Source of the DNA: Methanosarcinales archaeon
GTDB lineage: Archaea > Halobacteriota > Syntropharchaeia > Alkanophagales > Methanospirareceae
Length of the DNA: 40,755 bases
Assembly: GCA_025464275.1 (NCBI GenBank)
Contig: JAODGR010000043.1
Location: 1 to 40,755 of the forward strand
Direction: 5' to 3'
In this document: one piece after another, positions 7,527 through 15,711 of the stretch
How positions within the stretch are numbered: the first letter of the stretch is position 1
How the letters are laid out: each line of letters opens with the position of its first letter
Notes under the pieces: model-generated
Told to the model about the DNA's origin: nothing
What the model saw: the letters and a program-made list of their open reading frames with translations, nothing else
Databases searched by the model: none
Translations under genes and position numbers: made by a program

Positions 7527-8315
7527 TCATGGGCGGGTCCTCTTGAAAGGTAAGCGGAGCTCCTTACCCGTGCCATGCCGGTAATCGCGGAACCAGAATA
7601 CACCGGATGCGAAGCTGGAAATTGACTGCCGCTTCCTCCAGTGTGTGATATGCCTCAATCTCCTCAGCACCGTCTCCAGCCTCTTCCGGTGCTCAGCCCT
7701 TGAGGGCTCGCCCAGATGATTATAAAGCTCCTCGAATCTCTCATATACCTCTCTGAGCTCTTTATCATCGGTATAAAAGTTCACAAGCTCCTCCAGTTCA
7801 TCATGTACCTCCTTCACCCGCTCCTTGTAGTGGTCTATCTCATTCATCATGAAGAACGCTTCACCCTCACTCAAAGCTCGTTCAAGCCGGTCAAGTGTCC
7901 ATCCGCTGGCTAACACCCGCACCCGGGGATAGACCCGCCGGGCACACTCTGGCTCATGGGATAATACGTTTCTCAGGCTGACAATACCCACCAGTATGCC
8001 ATTTTCAACCACCGGCAGCCTCTTTATCTGCTTCTTCGCAAGAAGTTCACACGCATCACTCAATGACCTCTCCGGGTCAATGGTTATCAGGGGTGAGGAC
8101 ATTATCTCTTTTGCTTTTACCTCACCAGCCCTCCTGTCTTTTAGAATGATCTTCAATGCCACGTCACGCTCGGTAATAATACCCGCTGGATTGCCTCCTG
8201 AGGTGATCACTACACTGCCGATACCCAGCTCTGCCATGTCCTTCACTACCTCTCTTACGGGTGTATCTTCATCCTCGGTTATTATGGGTGTGCTCATTAT
8301 ATCGCGTACTTTCAT
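7527..8315 (-). CDS. CBS domain pair protein with a C-terminal helical extension of about 130 aa
   Basis: The N-terminal 130 aa are paralogous to the 6997-7422 product (VRDIMSTPIITEDEDTPV...; AKEIMSSPLITIDP...KRLPVVENGILVGIVSLRNVL). The C-terminal part is charged and helical with no motif I recognise. Confidence 0.8.
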   Translation of the reverse strand: MKVRDIMSTPIITEDEDTPVREVVKDMAELGIGSVVITSGGNPAGIITERDVALKIILKDRRAGEVKAKEIMSSPLITIDPERSLSDACELLAKKQIKRLPVVENGILVGIVSLRNVLSHEPECARRVYPRVRVLASGWTLDRLERALSEGEAFFMMNEIDHYKERVKEVHDELEELVNFYTDDKELREVYERFEELYNHLGEPSRAEHRKRLETVLRRLRHITHWRKRQSISSFASGVFWFRDYRHGTGKELRLPFKRTRP

Positions 8316-8330
8316 CTCCCCTTTACCTCG

Positions 8331-8801
8331 CTACTGTTTGAATAGCAATATGTAATCGCCATGCACCTTCTTAAGAAGTTTCGCCAGCCACATCACCACG
8401 CAATAGAATATCACCAGCATGATATATCTTATATCCCGGTATAGGAAATCCAGAGGTAGTGGAACTTCTTCTATACCTCCAACACCCGCCAGTCTATACC
8501 ACCGCATCGCGTAGTAAACGATGACATAGAAGTTGATAGCAGCCACGGAGAAGGCGATCCAGCGATAGATGCTGTTCAATTCCAGCCAGCCTTTCAGCTC
8601 TCTGCTCATCCTGAGGATGTAAGCAAAGAGCGCCCACCCCATTATGAAGAGGGCTACACCGGAGCATACGCTCTCCCAGAGGATTATATGACCGTTAGAA
8701 CTTATAAAAGCCCGCCACAGTATCGCTACCGCCATAATTGCAGCCAGTGTTCTCCGGTTCATCGTGAAATTGGAGAAGGATTCGCGTATACCCAATTTCA
8801 C
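8331..8801 (-). CDS. Integral membrane protein (about 4 TM segments), function unknown
   Basis: Hydrophobic segments LAAIMAVAILW, GVALFIMGWALFAYIL, WIAFSVAAINFYVIVYY, IMLVIFYCVVMWLA. It lies 5 nt downstream of the preceding gene. The start may be the internal MNRRTL. Confidence 0.55.
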   Translation of the reverse strand: MKLGIRESFSNFTMNRRTLAAIMAVAILWRAFISSNGHIILWESVCSGVALFIMGWALFAYILRMSRELKGWLELNSIYRWIAFSVAAINFYVIVYYAMRWYRLAGVGGIEEVPLPLDFLYRDIRYIMLVIFYCVVMWLAKLLKKVHGDYILLFKQ

Positions 8802-8806
8802 TCACC

Positions 8807-9247
8807 TCATCGCTTACCCGCAGATGGGTACGCCCTGACCTGTTCGAGCACGTGCGGGAAATCAGCGAATACGGCGCCCAAATCAACGGTTCCCACGACG
8901 TCAAATACGCCAAGAGCTGCTATTGCTTCTCCTTCTCTATTCCGGACAGGAGCGACAACAACCGGTATACCAGCATACCTGCCCTTGAGTAGGGTGGTGC
9001 GAATAACACGATTCTCGTTCAGCACCTTCTCCAGCACCGGACCGGTGTACTCATAATTGACCACTTCCCCCCTCTCCACACGGACACCTCTCCTGTTCTT
9101 ACTTCGCATCGCCACGGGTATGATGAGCAAATCATTCACCGCTTTGGCTATCGGTGCGAGCTCTTCCGCAGTTGAGTCTTCACTTATCACTATATCTCTG
9201 CTTCTGCTCCTACTTCTACTCCTACTATCTGTACTTTCCATTTCCAT
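8807..9247 (-). CDS. Conserved-looking hypothetical protein with an N-terminal (SR)n repeat
   Basis: 146-aa ORF with typical codon usage. TATA-like AAGTATAAAAGG lies upstream on the minus strand. No catalytic motif recognised. Confidence 0.5.
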   Translation of the reverse strand: MEMESTDSRSRSRSRSRDIVISEDSTAEELAPIAKAVNDLLIIPVAMRSKNRRGVRVERGEVVNYEYTGPVLEKVLNENRVIRTTLLKGRYAGIPVVVAPVRNREGEAIAALGVFDVVGTVDLGAVFADFPHVLEQVRAYPSAGKR

Positions 9248-9344
9248 TTCTCACACTCTTACAGCTATCACAGAACAGAGGTAGCCAGCCCCTTTTATAC
9301 TTTCCCTTTTCCCTTCCAGACTTCCGGTTCAGTTCTTCAGTTCT

Positions 9345-10634
9345 TCAACCCATGGTATTACCGATTTGTGGTGTAAATGGTTCCTTCTCTGCTGCTTCCG
9401 TTTCCACCCCACTGGTGAGCCTGGCATGGGGTCTGTGCACCCTCAGTACGTCCAGACCGGGCAATGACTTACCCGCGAGATACATCAACAATGCACCACC
9501 AGCCAGACTGACGTAGCCTTTCTCACTCTCGCTCTTCATCCGCTCCATATCGAGCATATCCAGTACGGATGAGGTATGCCCACCACCGATGAGATGGAAT
9601 GCATCAGAGGCAGAGATGGCTTTTAATAGTGCTTTTGTACCCTCTGCAAACTGCTCATTCTCACACACGCCCGCAGGACCTTTCATTATCACCGTACCCG
9701 CATTCATTATTATCTCACGGTATATCCTGCATGTCTCTTCACCGATATCCAGTGCCCGCTGAGCGGGTGCCAGGGCGTGTACACTCAGTTCCTCACGGTT
9801 GCCCTCGACCTCCACTGCCACATCCACCGGGTATAATATCCTGCCTGAGAGCATGAGCTTCTTCGCCCTCTTCAAACTACTGAGGTACTTCTTCTTATGC
9901 TCTTCATCCATCTCTGCTGCGCCGGCTGCGTACATGAAGATGTTACCAATAACGCCGGTGGTCAGTATAGCATCGGCTTTACCAGCCCTCAAAACGAACG
10001 CCATCACATCAAGCACGTCTTCCGGCTTGGAACCGCCGAGTACATATACGATGGGGCGCTCCTCATGTGCCCTCTCCAGTGCCGCCAGCTCCTTCTCCAT
10101 CTGCCTGCCCACACACGAGTCCATCACCTTCGGGAAGCCGACAATCGAGGCATGTGCACGATGAGCAACGGAGAAGGCATCGTTTATGAAGTAGTCCGCA
10201 TGAGCGGCGAGCGTACGCACGAGATTCGACTTAGAATGCCGCTCAGGTGTTCGCTTGAGCGCCTCTTCAGGGTCCATACGCACGTTCTCAAGTAATATAG
10301 CCTCACCATCGCTCAGCGTGTCCATCGCGTTCCGCGCTCTTTCACCCGTTATGTCAGGCACGTAACCGATATCCACAAATCGGCGTAGCAATCGCGCATG
10401 CTGTGCCAGCGTGAGGAAATCAGGCTTACCCGCCCTACCCTGATGGGCGATAGCCACAACACGCGCACCCATCTCCTGCAACTCCCTTATCGTCTCGGCA
10501 TGACGCACTATACGCTCATTCAGCTTCACTTCACCGTTAATCACGGTGGAATTCACATCAATCCGCAGCAGCACCGTCTTGCCTTCCACCAGGAAGTCAT
10601 CCACCAGCGTAAAATCTTCCAGTTTATATACCAT
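9345..10634 (-). CDS. pgk: 3-phosphoglycerate kinase (archaeal type)
   Basis: N-terminal VLLRIDVNS, AHQGRAGKPDF, NVRMDPEE, FINDAFSVAHRAHASIVGF, VLGGSKPEDV, GPAGVCE, IGGGHTS. It has a C-terminal tail of about 30 aa beyond the usual end. Confidence 0.9.
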   Translation of the reverse strand: MVYKLEDFTLVDDFLVEGKTVLLRIDVNSTVINGEVKLNERIVRHAETIRELQEMGARVVAIAHQGRAGKPDFLTLAQHARLLRRFVDIGYVPDITGERARNAMDTLSDGEAILLENVRMDPEEALKRTPERHSKSNLVRTLAAHADYFINDAFSVAHRAHASIVGFPKVMDSCVGRQMEKELAALERAHEERPIVYVLGGSKPEDVLDVMAFVLRAGKADAILTTGVIGNIFMYAAGAAEMDEEHKKKYLSSLKRAKKLMLSGRILYPVDVAVEVEGNREELSVHALAPAQRALDIGEETCRIYREIIMNAGTVIMKGPAGVCENEQFAEGTKALLKAISASDAFHLIGGGHTSSVLDMLDMERMKSESEKGYVSLAGGALLMYLAGKSLPGLDVLRVHRPHARLTSGVETEAAEKEPFTPQIGNTMG

Positions 10635-11805
10635 CTATACCATCTCCCCCCAAAATCTCCTCATACACACCCATGGTCATCTTCGCGATATTATCCCATG
10701 AGAAGCCTTCCGCGGTCTTCCGTCCATTGGAGCCCATCCATCTCCCGTGCTCAAAGTCGCTGAATATCGCCTTTATACCCCATGCGATGGAACCCGGATT
10801 GTCGTATACCTTCAGTCCGTTCACATCATGCCAGACGTAATCGAAGCCATTGTGTGTTACTACGATGGGTTTTCCCGCAGCCCATGCCTCCAGCGCCACG
10901 ATGCCAAAGGGCTCATTCCTTGAGGGAATGCAGACCACATCGCATGCCTTATAGCAGTTCACAAGCTCGCCATCGGGTATATATCCCAGGAAGCGGCATG
11001 CATGCTCCACGTTAAGCTCCCATGCCCGGTGTTCCAGCCCGGCTCTCATGTAACCATCGCCGACGAAGAGGAACTTGGCATCAGGGAAGTCAGGCAGTAT
11101 AGAGGGTATGGCTTCTAACAGCAAGTCCGCTCCTTTCTGGATGGTCATCCTCCCTACAAAGAGGCACAGCGGGTCCCAAACACCGATGGCAAGCCTCTTC
11201 TTCACACCCCTCCAGGGGTCCACAAAGCCGTTAAATTTGCTCAGTGAGACACCATTCGGAATCATTGCCATCTTCCAGTCCTCGAAGTTGTATATCCACT
11301 TCGCTTCCTTCTTTATCGTATCTGAAGTGGTGATTATCTTATCCGCGAGGAATCCACCATACCATTCGAGGTTCCTTATGTCACGTGATTGCCCCTCATA
11401 GAAGACATTACCACACCTCCCGTACTCGGTTGAGTGGAGTGTGAAGACGATCTTCTTAGCCCTTGCGTTCTTTATCTCCGCGAGCGCATTCACGGTCATC
11501 CAGTCATGTCCGTGAACGATATCGAAGTTGCCGGCGACATCCTCGGTCTGGAAGAAGTGGTATGCGAAGGAGTGGCACATATTATTCATCTCCTCCACGA
11601 AGTTGGGATTCAGGTCGAACGGGCAGCGGTGATAGTGCACACCGTCTATCACCTCATACCACCGCTGCCCACCGCCCATGCGGGTGAAGACATGCACCTC
11701 GTTACCCAGCCGCTGCAATGCAGCAGCGAGTTCAGAGACATGTGATGCCACCCCGCCAACCGGTATGGAATGCAATGACTCCCAGCTCAATAATGCTATC
11801 CTCAT
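10624..11805 (-). CDS. Glycogen/alpha-glucan synthase-like glycosyltransferase (GT-B fold, GT4/GT5 type)
   Basis: MRIALLSWESLHSIPVGGVASHVSELAAALQRLGNEVHVFT is the typical N-terminus of glycogen synthases. The C-terminal half has FVGRMTIQKGADLL and PSRNEPFGIVALEAWAAGKPIV (the E-x7-E region). It overlaps the pgk start by 11 nt. Confidence 0.75.
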   Translation of the reverse strand: MRIALLSWESLHSIPVGGVASHVSELAAALQRLGNEVHVFTRMGGGQRWYEVIDGVHYHRCPFDLNPNFVEEMNNMCHSFAYHFFQTEDVAGNFDIVHGHDWMTVNALAEIKNARAKKIVFTLHSTEYGRCGNVFYEGQSRDIRNLEWYGGFLADKIITTSDTIKKEAKWIYNFEDWKMAMIPNGVSLSKFNGFVDPWRGVKKRLAIGVWDPLCLFVGRMTIQKGADLLLEAIPSILPDFPDAKFLFVGDGYMRAGLEHRAWELNVEHACRFLGYIPDGELVNCYKACDVVCIPSRNEPFGIVALEAWAAGKPIVVTHNGFDYVWHDVNGLKVYDNPGSIAWGIKAIFSDFEHGRWMGSNGRKTAEGFSWDNIAKMTMGVYEEILGGDGIDGI

Positions 11806-11900
11806 CTCTTATCCCGCCTTCCTCCTTTCTACGAACCTTTCCTTATCCTTTTCCTTATCCTTATCCTCACCACGCCTCACCTGCTGCTGCCTCACTCTCA

Positions 11901-12230
11901 CTATTTCCGGTTCCGGTGGAAGAACTCCTGCAGTTCCGCGTAGCGCTCATTGATGACCTCCTTGAATGCACCCGGCATCTCCCGGATTCGCATTGCCGTC
12001 TCTTCATCACCGAGATATTCTATCCATGATGCGAGCCACGGCGCCTCCGTCTCGGAGAATGCATCGAGATTCTCCACCAGCTCACTCAGGTTCCTTATCG
12101 CCTTACCCTGGTTCAGGTAATAGGGCTCCTTACCCACGGGTTCAAATAGTGAATTTGCAAGCCTTGCAAGCTCCTTCTTCTTATCCGCAATCTTTCTCAG
12201 GGTTCCCTTCTTCGTTACTTTCATTGACAT
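11901..12230 (-). CDS. Small protein paralogous to the C-terminal domain of the adjacent nucleotidyltransferase (possibly the DUF5752-type domain seen in glucan gene clusters)
   Basis: 109 aa. YYLNQGKAIRNLSELVENLD...WLASWIEYLGDEETAMRI parallels FYFNMRRGGRVVHTGLVAHSLETFLYLLK...NDFATWIREVLGDAKLASEL in the neighbouring protein. The DUF number is recalled, not verified. Confidence 0.5.
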   Translation of the reverse strand: MSMKVTKKGTLRKIADKKKELARLANSLFEPVGKEPYYLNQGKAIRNLSELVENLDAFSETEAPWLASWIEYLGDEETAMRIREMPGAFKEVINERYAELQEFFHRNRK

Positions 12231-13720
12231 ACCATCACCTCCTCCCTCGATTTCGGGTTTGAGACCGACTCTAACTCCGGCTCTAACTTCGGCTTCGAGT
12301 CCAGCTCCTGCTTCAGCTCCCTTATACGGTCCTCTATCATGCTGGTCAGCTCATCCCTGGGTCTCCACCACTCCACCTCCATGAGTTCACTCGCCAGTTT
12401 CGCATCGCCTAAGACCTCTCTTATCCAGGTGGCGAAATCATTGTGACCCTCCCTGAGATGGAAGTATATCGACCTCTTATCCACCCTCTTCAGTAGATAG
12501 AGGAAGGTTTCCAGGCTATGTGCAACCAGTCCAGTGTGAACGACCCTGCCGCCCCTTCGCATATTGAAGTAGAAAGCCTCTTCATCCGGTACGTTACGGA
12601 GTATATTCCCGCTGCCGCTGCTGCTCTTGTTACCATTGCAATCAAACTCGAATCTGACGAACCTCTTCAGGGTCTCATCCACAGTTGTGCGATGAGGAAT
12701 GGATATAAAGGGCCATATCCTGCCCCCATATACCTCCACATCATCACCGAATACACACTGAGGACCCACAATCGCCTGCTTCACCGTCGCATTCTCACCC
12801 ATCTGTGTCTTCTCGCCTATCACGCAGTGCTCCAGACTCGAATTCCTGGCGATGTACACACCCTCGAACAGGACTGCGCCTGGACCCACGGAGCAGCCCT
12901 CTTCCACCACCGTAGAGTCTCCGATCACCGCGGGTCCGGTTATCCCGGCACCGTTTATCTCCACATTCGCACCTATGAAGACATCCTGCTCTGACCGTTT
13001 CAATAGCCATTCAGTGGCTCGCATGTACCCCTCTGGCTGACCGACGTCAGCCCAGAAATTCGTCTCCGCCAGTCTGTACCCCGATATCCTGCCTTCTCCT
13101 TCGTGTAGTGCCTGAATTCGGGGGAACAGGTCCTTAGCGAAGTCGAAGGGTGTATTATCAGGTACATACTCCATCACTGAAGGCTCTATTATGTATATCC
13201 CCGTACTTGCGAGGTTGGTGAAGCACTCATCAGGTGATGGCTTCTCCATGAACCTCTTTACACGCTCATGCTCATCGAGCTCCGCTATGCCATAATTCCA
13301 CGGGTCTGAGACAGGGGTTAAAGCAATGGTCACAAGCGCTCCCGAGTCATAATGATGCTCTATCATCCCTCTCAGGTCCATGTCAGTGATATTATCGCCC
13401 TGTATCACCACGAAAGGCTCCCCCTCTACTTCCAAACCCGCGTTCTTCACAGAGCCGGCGGTTCCCAGTGGTGAGTGCTCCGCAGGGAACGATAGCGAGA
13501 GATGCCCGTCTCCACGGTACCTGAAGTTGAAGTGGTCTATGATCAACTGCCGGAGATAAGTCGTCGTCACCACTATCTCATTCAACCCGTGAGAAACAAG
13601 GTAATCCACCACATGGTCTATTACAGGTCTGTCAACCAGCGGTACCAGGGGCTTCGGTCTCGTGAATGTGAGTGGACGAAGCCTGGTTCCAAACCCACCA
13701 GCCAAAACTACCGCTTTCAT
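12221..13720 (-). CDS. Sugar-1-phosphate nucleotidyltransferase (glucose-1-P adenylyl/uridylyl/thymidylyltransferase family) with left-handed beta-helix and an extra C-terminal domain
   Basis: MKAVVLAGGFGTRLRPLTFTRPKPLVPL is the canonical NTP-transferase G-rich loop. The mid part has hexapeptide-repeat character (IGANVEINGAGITGPAVIGDSTVVEEGCSVGPGAVL). The last 130 aa or so form an additional domain. Confidence 0.85.
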   Translation of the reverse strand: MKAVVLAGGFGTRLRPLTFTRPKPLVPLVDRPVIDHVVDYLVSHGLNEIVVTTTYLRQLIIDHFNFRYRGDGHLSLSFPAEHSPLGTAGSVKNAGLEVEGEPFVVIQGDNITDMDLRGMIEHHYDSGALVTIALTPVSDPWNYGIAELDEHERVKRFMEKPSPDECFTNLASTGIYIIEPSVMEYVPDNTPFDFAKDLFPRIQALHEGEGRISGYRLAETNFWADVGQPEGYMRATEWLLKRSEQDVFIGANVEINGAGITGPAVIGDSTVVEEGCSVGPGAVLFEGVYIARNSSLEHCVIGEKTQMGENATVKQAIVGPQCVFGDDVEVYGGRIWPFISIPHRTTVDETLKRFVRFEFDCNGNKSSSGSGNILRNVPDEEAFYFNMRRGGRVVHTGLVAHSLETFLYLLKRVDKRSIYFHLREGHNDFATWIREVLGDAKLASELMEVEWWRPRDELTSMIEDRIRELKQELDSKPKLEPELESVSNPKSREEVMVCQ

Positions 13721-13804
13721 TTCAGCTATCCTCCACTAAGCATCTTTACTGTGGCACCCAGAAATAGCAATTTGAGAAGAGGTGTGGGTGAGTGAGATAA
13801 TTTT

Positions 13805-13818
13805 TTTCCTTATGGAAA
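13805..13818. promoter_or_regulatory. Palindrome TTTCC-TTAT-GGAAA abutting a TATA-like box; related to the 4124-4149 palindrome
   Basis: It lies in the divergent intergenic region 13721-13872 and is immediately followed by TTTTATATAT (13825-13834), about 40 nt upstream of ATG 13873. It shares the core TTCC(C)TTATGG(G)AA and the preceding ATAATTT with the site upstream of ArsR paralog 1. Confidence 0.35.
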
Positions 13819-13872
13819 TTCTATTTTATATATTGTGATAATTTACTTTAACATAGCACGACGTGAGATTGG

Positions 13873-14577
13873 ATGATACGAAAGAACATCTCATTGCATG
13901 AAGAGGACATGAAGAAGATAGCGAAGATAGTGGAGCAACAGGAGGGTAATCTCAGCGCTGCGATACGGGAGATCATCGATTTCGTGGATTTCATGCTCCG
14001 TAAATTTGGCAGTCTGGAGGAGGCGAGGAAGGTGGAGAGGAGGGCAAAGGGGGTGTGTCTACCACATGGTCTGCTTAACTGGTTCCTCAGATATACAGAG
14101 GCTTGCCTACCGGACGAGAGTGCGGTTGAGAGTATAGAGGAGATACGCGAGATAGATACAATCTCAGACCTTATAGAGGTGGTGGATATGGGCTTCCCCG
14201 TTGAACTCAACATCACCCCCGAGGCTGAGCGAGACCCGGGGGAGGTGGAGATACATCTAACCGGTGAGAAGATGTATGCGGAGTTCGTGGCGAAGGTCAT
14301 TGCCTGCTTCCTCGGCGAGAGCAGGGGGATGAAGGTGGAAGACCTATCACGCCATGGCGCATCCATCACTCTCAGGATGAGGAGAGTGGGCGTGGGGAGC
14401 AGGGATAGGGAGAGCGATTACAGGACAGTGCGTAAGAGCCTGCTAAAATACTTCGGTGCAAGGCACGTCATGATGCAGGAGATACTGGATAAGCCCCGCT
14501 TCTGGAACGACATGATAAATGCCACTGCAGACTGGGGTGATGTGCAAAGATACAAGTATCCGCGGTTGTACAGGTAG
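13873..14577 (+). CDS. Hypothetical protein with an N-terminal ribbon-helix-helix (CopG-like) segment
   Basis: 234 aa. The N-terminus KNISLHEEDMKKIAKIVEQQEGNLSAAIREIIDFV fits a beta-strand/helix/helix RHH pattern. The remainder is unrecognised. Confidence 0.5.
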   Translation: MIRKNISLHEEDMKKIAKIVEQQEGNLSAAIREIIDFVDFMLRKFGSLEEARKVERRAKGVCLPHGLLNWFLRYTEACLPDESAVESIEEIREIDTISDLIEVVDMGFPVELNITPEAERDPGEVEIHLTGEKMYAEFVAKVIACFLGESRGMKVEDLSRHGASITLRMRRVGVGSRDRESDYRTVRKSLLKYFGARHVMMQEILDKPRFWNDMINATADWGDVQRYKYPRLYR

Positions 14578-14600
14578 GACACGGGAATGACAGGAGAGCA

Positions 14601-14957
14601 TCACATCCCCCTGATGATGCTCTTTATCCGCTCTATCTTCGGCTTGATTGTATCATAATCTATCCCCTTATCCACCGCAACGAGGAGGATGAATCCTTCA
14701 CATCTCTCTGCCACTACTGTACCACCGTCCGCTTTCACTCTCAGCTCATCCATATCGCCCATATTCAGTATCTTTATGCATTTCTCCGCTGTCCTTACCA
14801 TCATCGCCACCACCACGGAGAGAGAAGAGACCGTCTCCATGATATGCCTGTTCCTGAATTCCACCATCACTCCATTCCTCGTGATAACTGCGGAAGCATT
14901 CACTCCTGCGGTGCCTACCAGTTCCTTCAGCGCTTCCCCGAGCTCTTCTCCCGCCAT
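14601..14957 (-). CDS. Roadblock/LC7 (MglB-like) domain protein
   Basis: 118 aa. LKELVGTAGVNASAVITRNGVMV...VVAMMVRTAEKCIKILNMGDMDELRVKADGGTVVAERCEGFILLVAV fits the Roadblock alpha-beta-alpha pattern. Confidence 0.6.
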   Translation of the reverse strand: MAGEELGEALKELVGTAGVNASAVITRNGVMVEFRNRHIMETVSSLSVVVAMMVRTAEKCIKILNMGDMDELRVKADGGTVVAERCEGFILLVAVDKGIDYDTIKPKIERIKSIIRGM

Positions 14958-14964
14958 CTTATCT

Positions 14965-15276
14965 TCACTTGCCCCCCTCTTCCGCCCATAGTCTCAATGC
15001 CGCTCTCGCCAGCATGTATATACCAGCCACCAGTGTGAGCCTGCAAACCACCAGCATCGCTCTGCCCCACGGGATAAGCTCATACATGCTGGCATAGGTA
15101 TAATAAGCTCTGAATAGTGAACTGAGAGCCATTAGAATACCGGAGCCTGCTACCACATTCCAGCCATGCCTGAATATGACAAACTGGAACTTCCGCCCGG
15201 CGTGGATAGCGAATACAGCAATCAAAATCCCCGCTGCAAGGTCGACCAATTCCAGTACAGTCGCGCTCTCTATCAT
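14965..15276 (-). CDS. Small membrane protein (3 predicted TM segments)
   Basis: 103 aa with hydrophobic stretches AAGILIAVFAI, VVAGSGILMALSSLF, AMLVVCRLTLVAGIYML. Its stop is 7 nt upstream of the Roadblock gene start. Confidence 0.5.
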   Translation of the reverse strand: MIESATVLELVDLAAGILIAVFAIHAGRKFQFVIFRHGWNVVAGSGILMALSSLFRAYYTYASMYELIPWGRAMLVVCRLTLVAGIYMLARAALRLWAEEGGK

Positions 15277-15347
15277 CTCCGCTCCGCTTTCGATAATGGT
15301 TAACAGCCAATAGCTAATAGAATGTAGAAGGCGGGCGATTAAAATAA

Positions 15348-15364
15348 AAAATTATATATAATGG
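15348..15364 (+). promoter_or_regulatory. TATA-box candidate for ArsR paralog 2
   Basis: AAATTATATATAATGG is centred about 30 nt upstream of ATG 15389, implying a very short leader. Confidence 0.4.
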
Positions 15365-15388
15365 ATGCAGTAATCATAGAAGTGCAGA

Positions 15389-15685
15389 ATGACAAAGATC
15401 GAGGATGAATTGTTGAGAGAGGTTCATGTGCTTCTGCATCCAATAAGGTTCAGGATTGTGGAACTGCTCGATGATGAACAATTACACATAAAGGAGATAA
15501 GCGATATGCTCGGTGAGGACAGGCGGCTCGTATCCTATCACCTGCTCACGCTGGAGGAGCATGGGTTCCTGGATAGCAGATATGAAATCTCTGAACGTCC
15601 GAAGTCAAAAGGTAAGGCAATGAGGAAATACCATACCACGAGCAAGGTGAGGGAGGTGCTCAGCGAGCTTAAGAGGAGGATTTAG
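15389..15685 (+). CDS. ArsR/SmtB-family winged-helix transcriptional regulator (paralog 2)
   Basis: 98 aa, colinear with the 4213-4521 product (KIEDEL..VHVLLHPIRFRIVELL...RRLVSYHLLTLEEHGFLDSRYEISE...KGKAMRKY). By eye roughly three quarters of residues are identical, with many synonymous nucleotide differences. Confidence 0.8.
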   Translation: MTKIEDELLREVHVLLHPIRFRIVELLDDEQLHIKEISDMLGEDRRLVSYHLLTLEEHGFLDSRYEISERPKSKGKAMRKYHTTSKVREVLSELKRRI

Positions 15686-15711
15686 TCTTGGTCTTGTCTT
15701 GGTCTTTCTCC

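Noticed and set aside
9345-9440. C-terminal tail of PGK (about 30 aa) considered as a fused extra domain or a missed small gene
   Set aside because: It is continuous in frame, with no internal start or RBS signal and no motif. It is most simply a lineage-specific disordered tail, and is mentioned only within the operon finding.
13848-14369. 173-aa minus-strand ORF antisense to the RHH-protein gene; likewise 15761-16174 (+) antisense to the acidic protein gene and 32522-33019 (+) antisense to UPF0179
   Set aside because: These are Ser-rich shadow ORFs. In each case the opposite strand has the purine-rich codon usage shared by all confidently identified genes. For 15712-16164 versus 15761-16174 the choice is less certain, because neither product has a motif. 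I chose the minus strand on codon style and its upstream A/T-rich tract.
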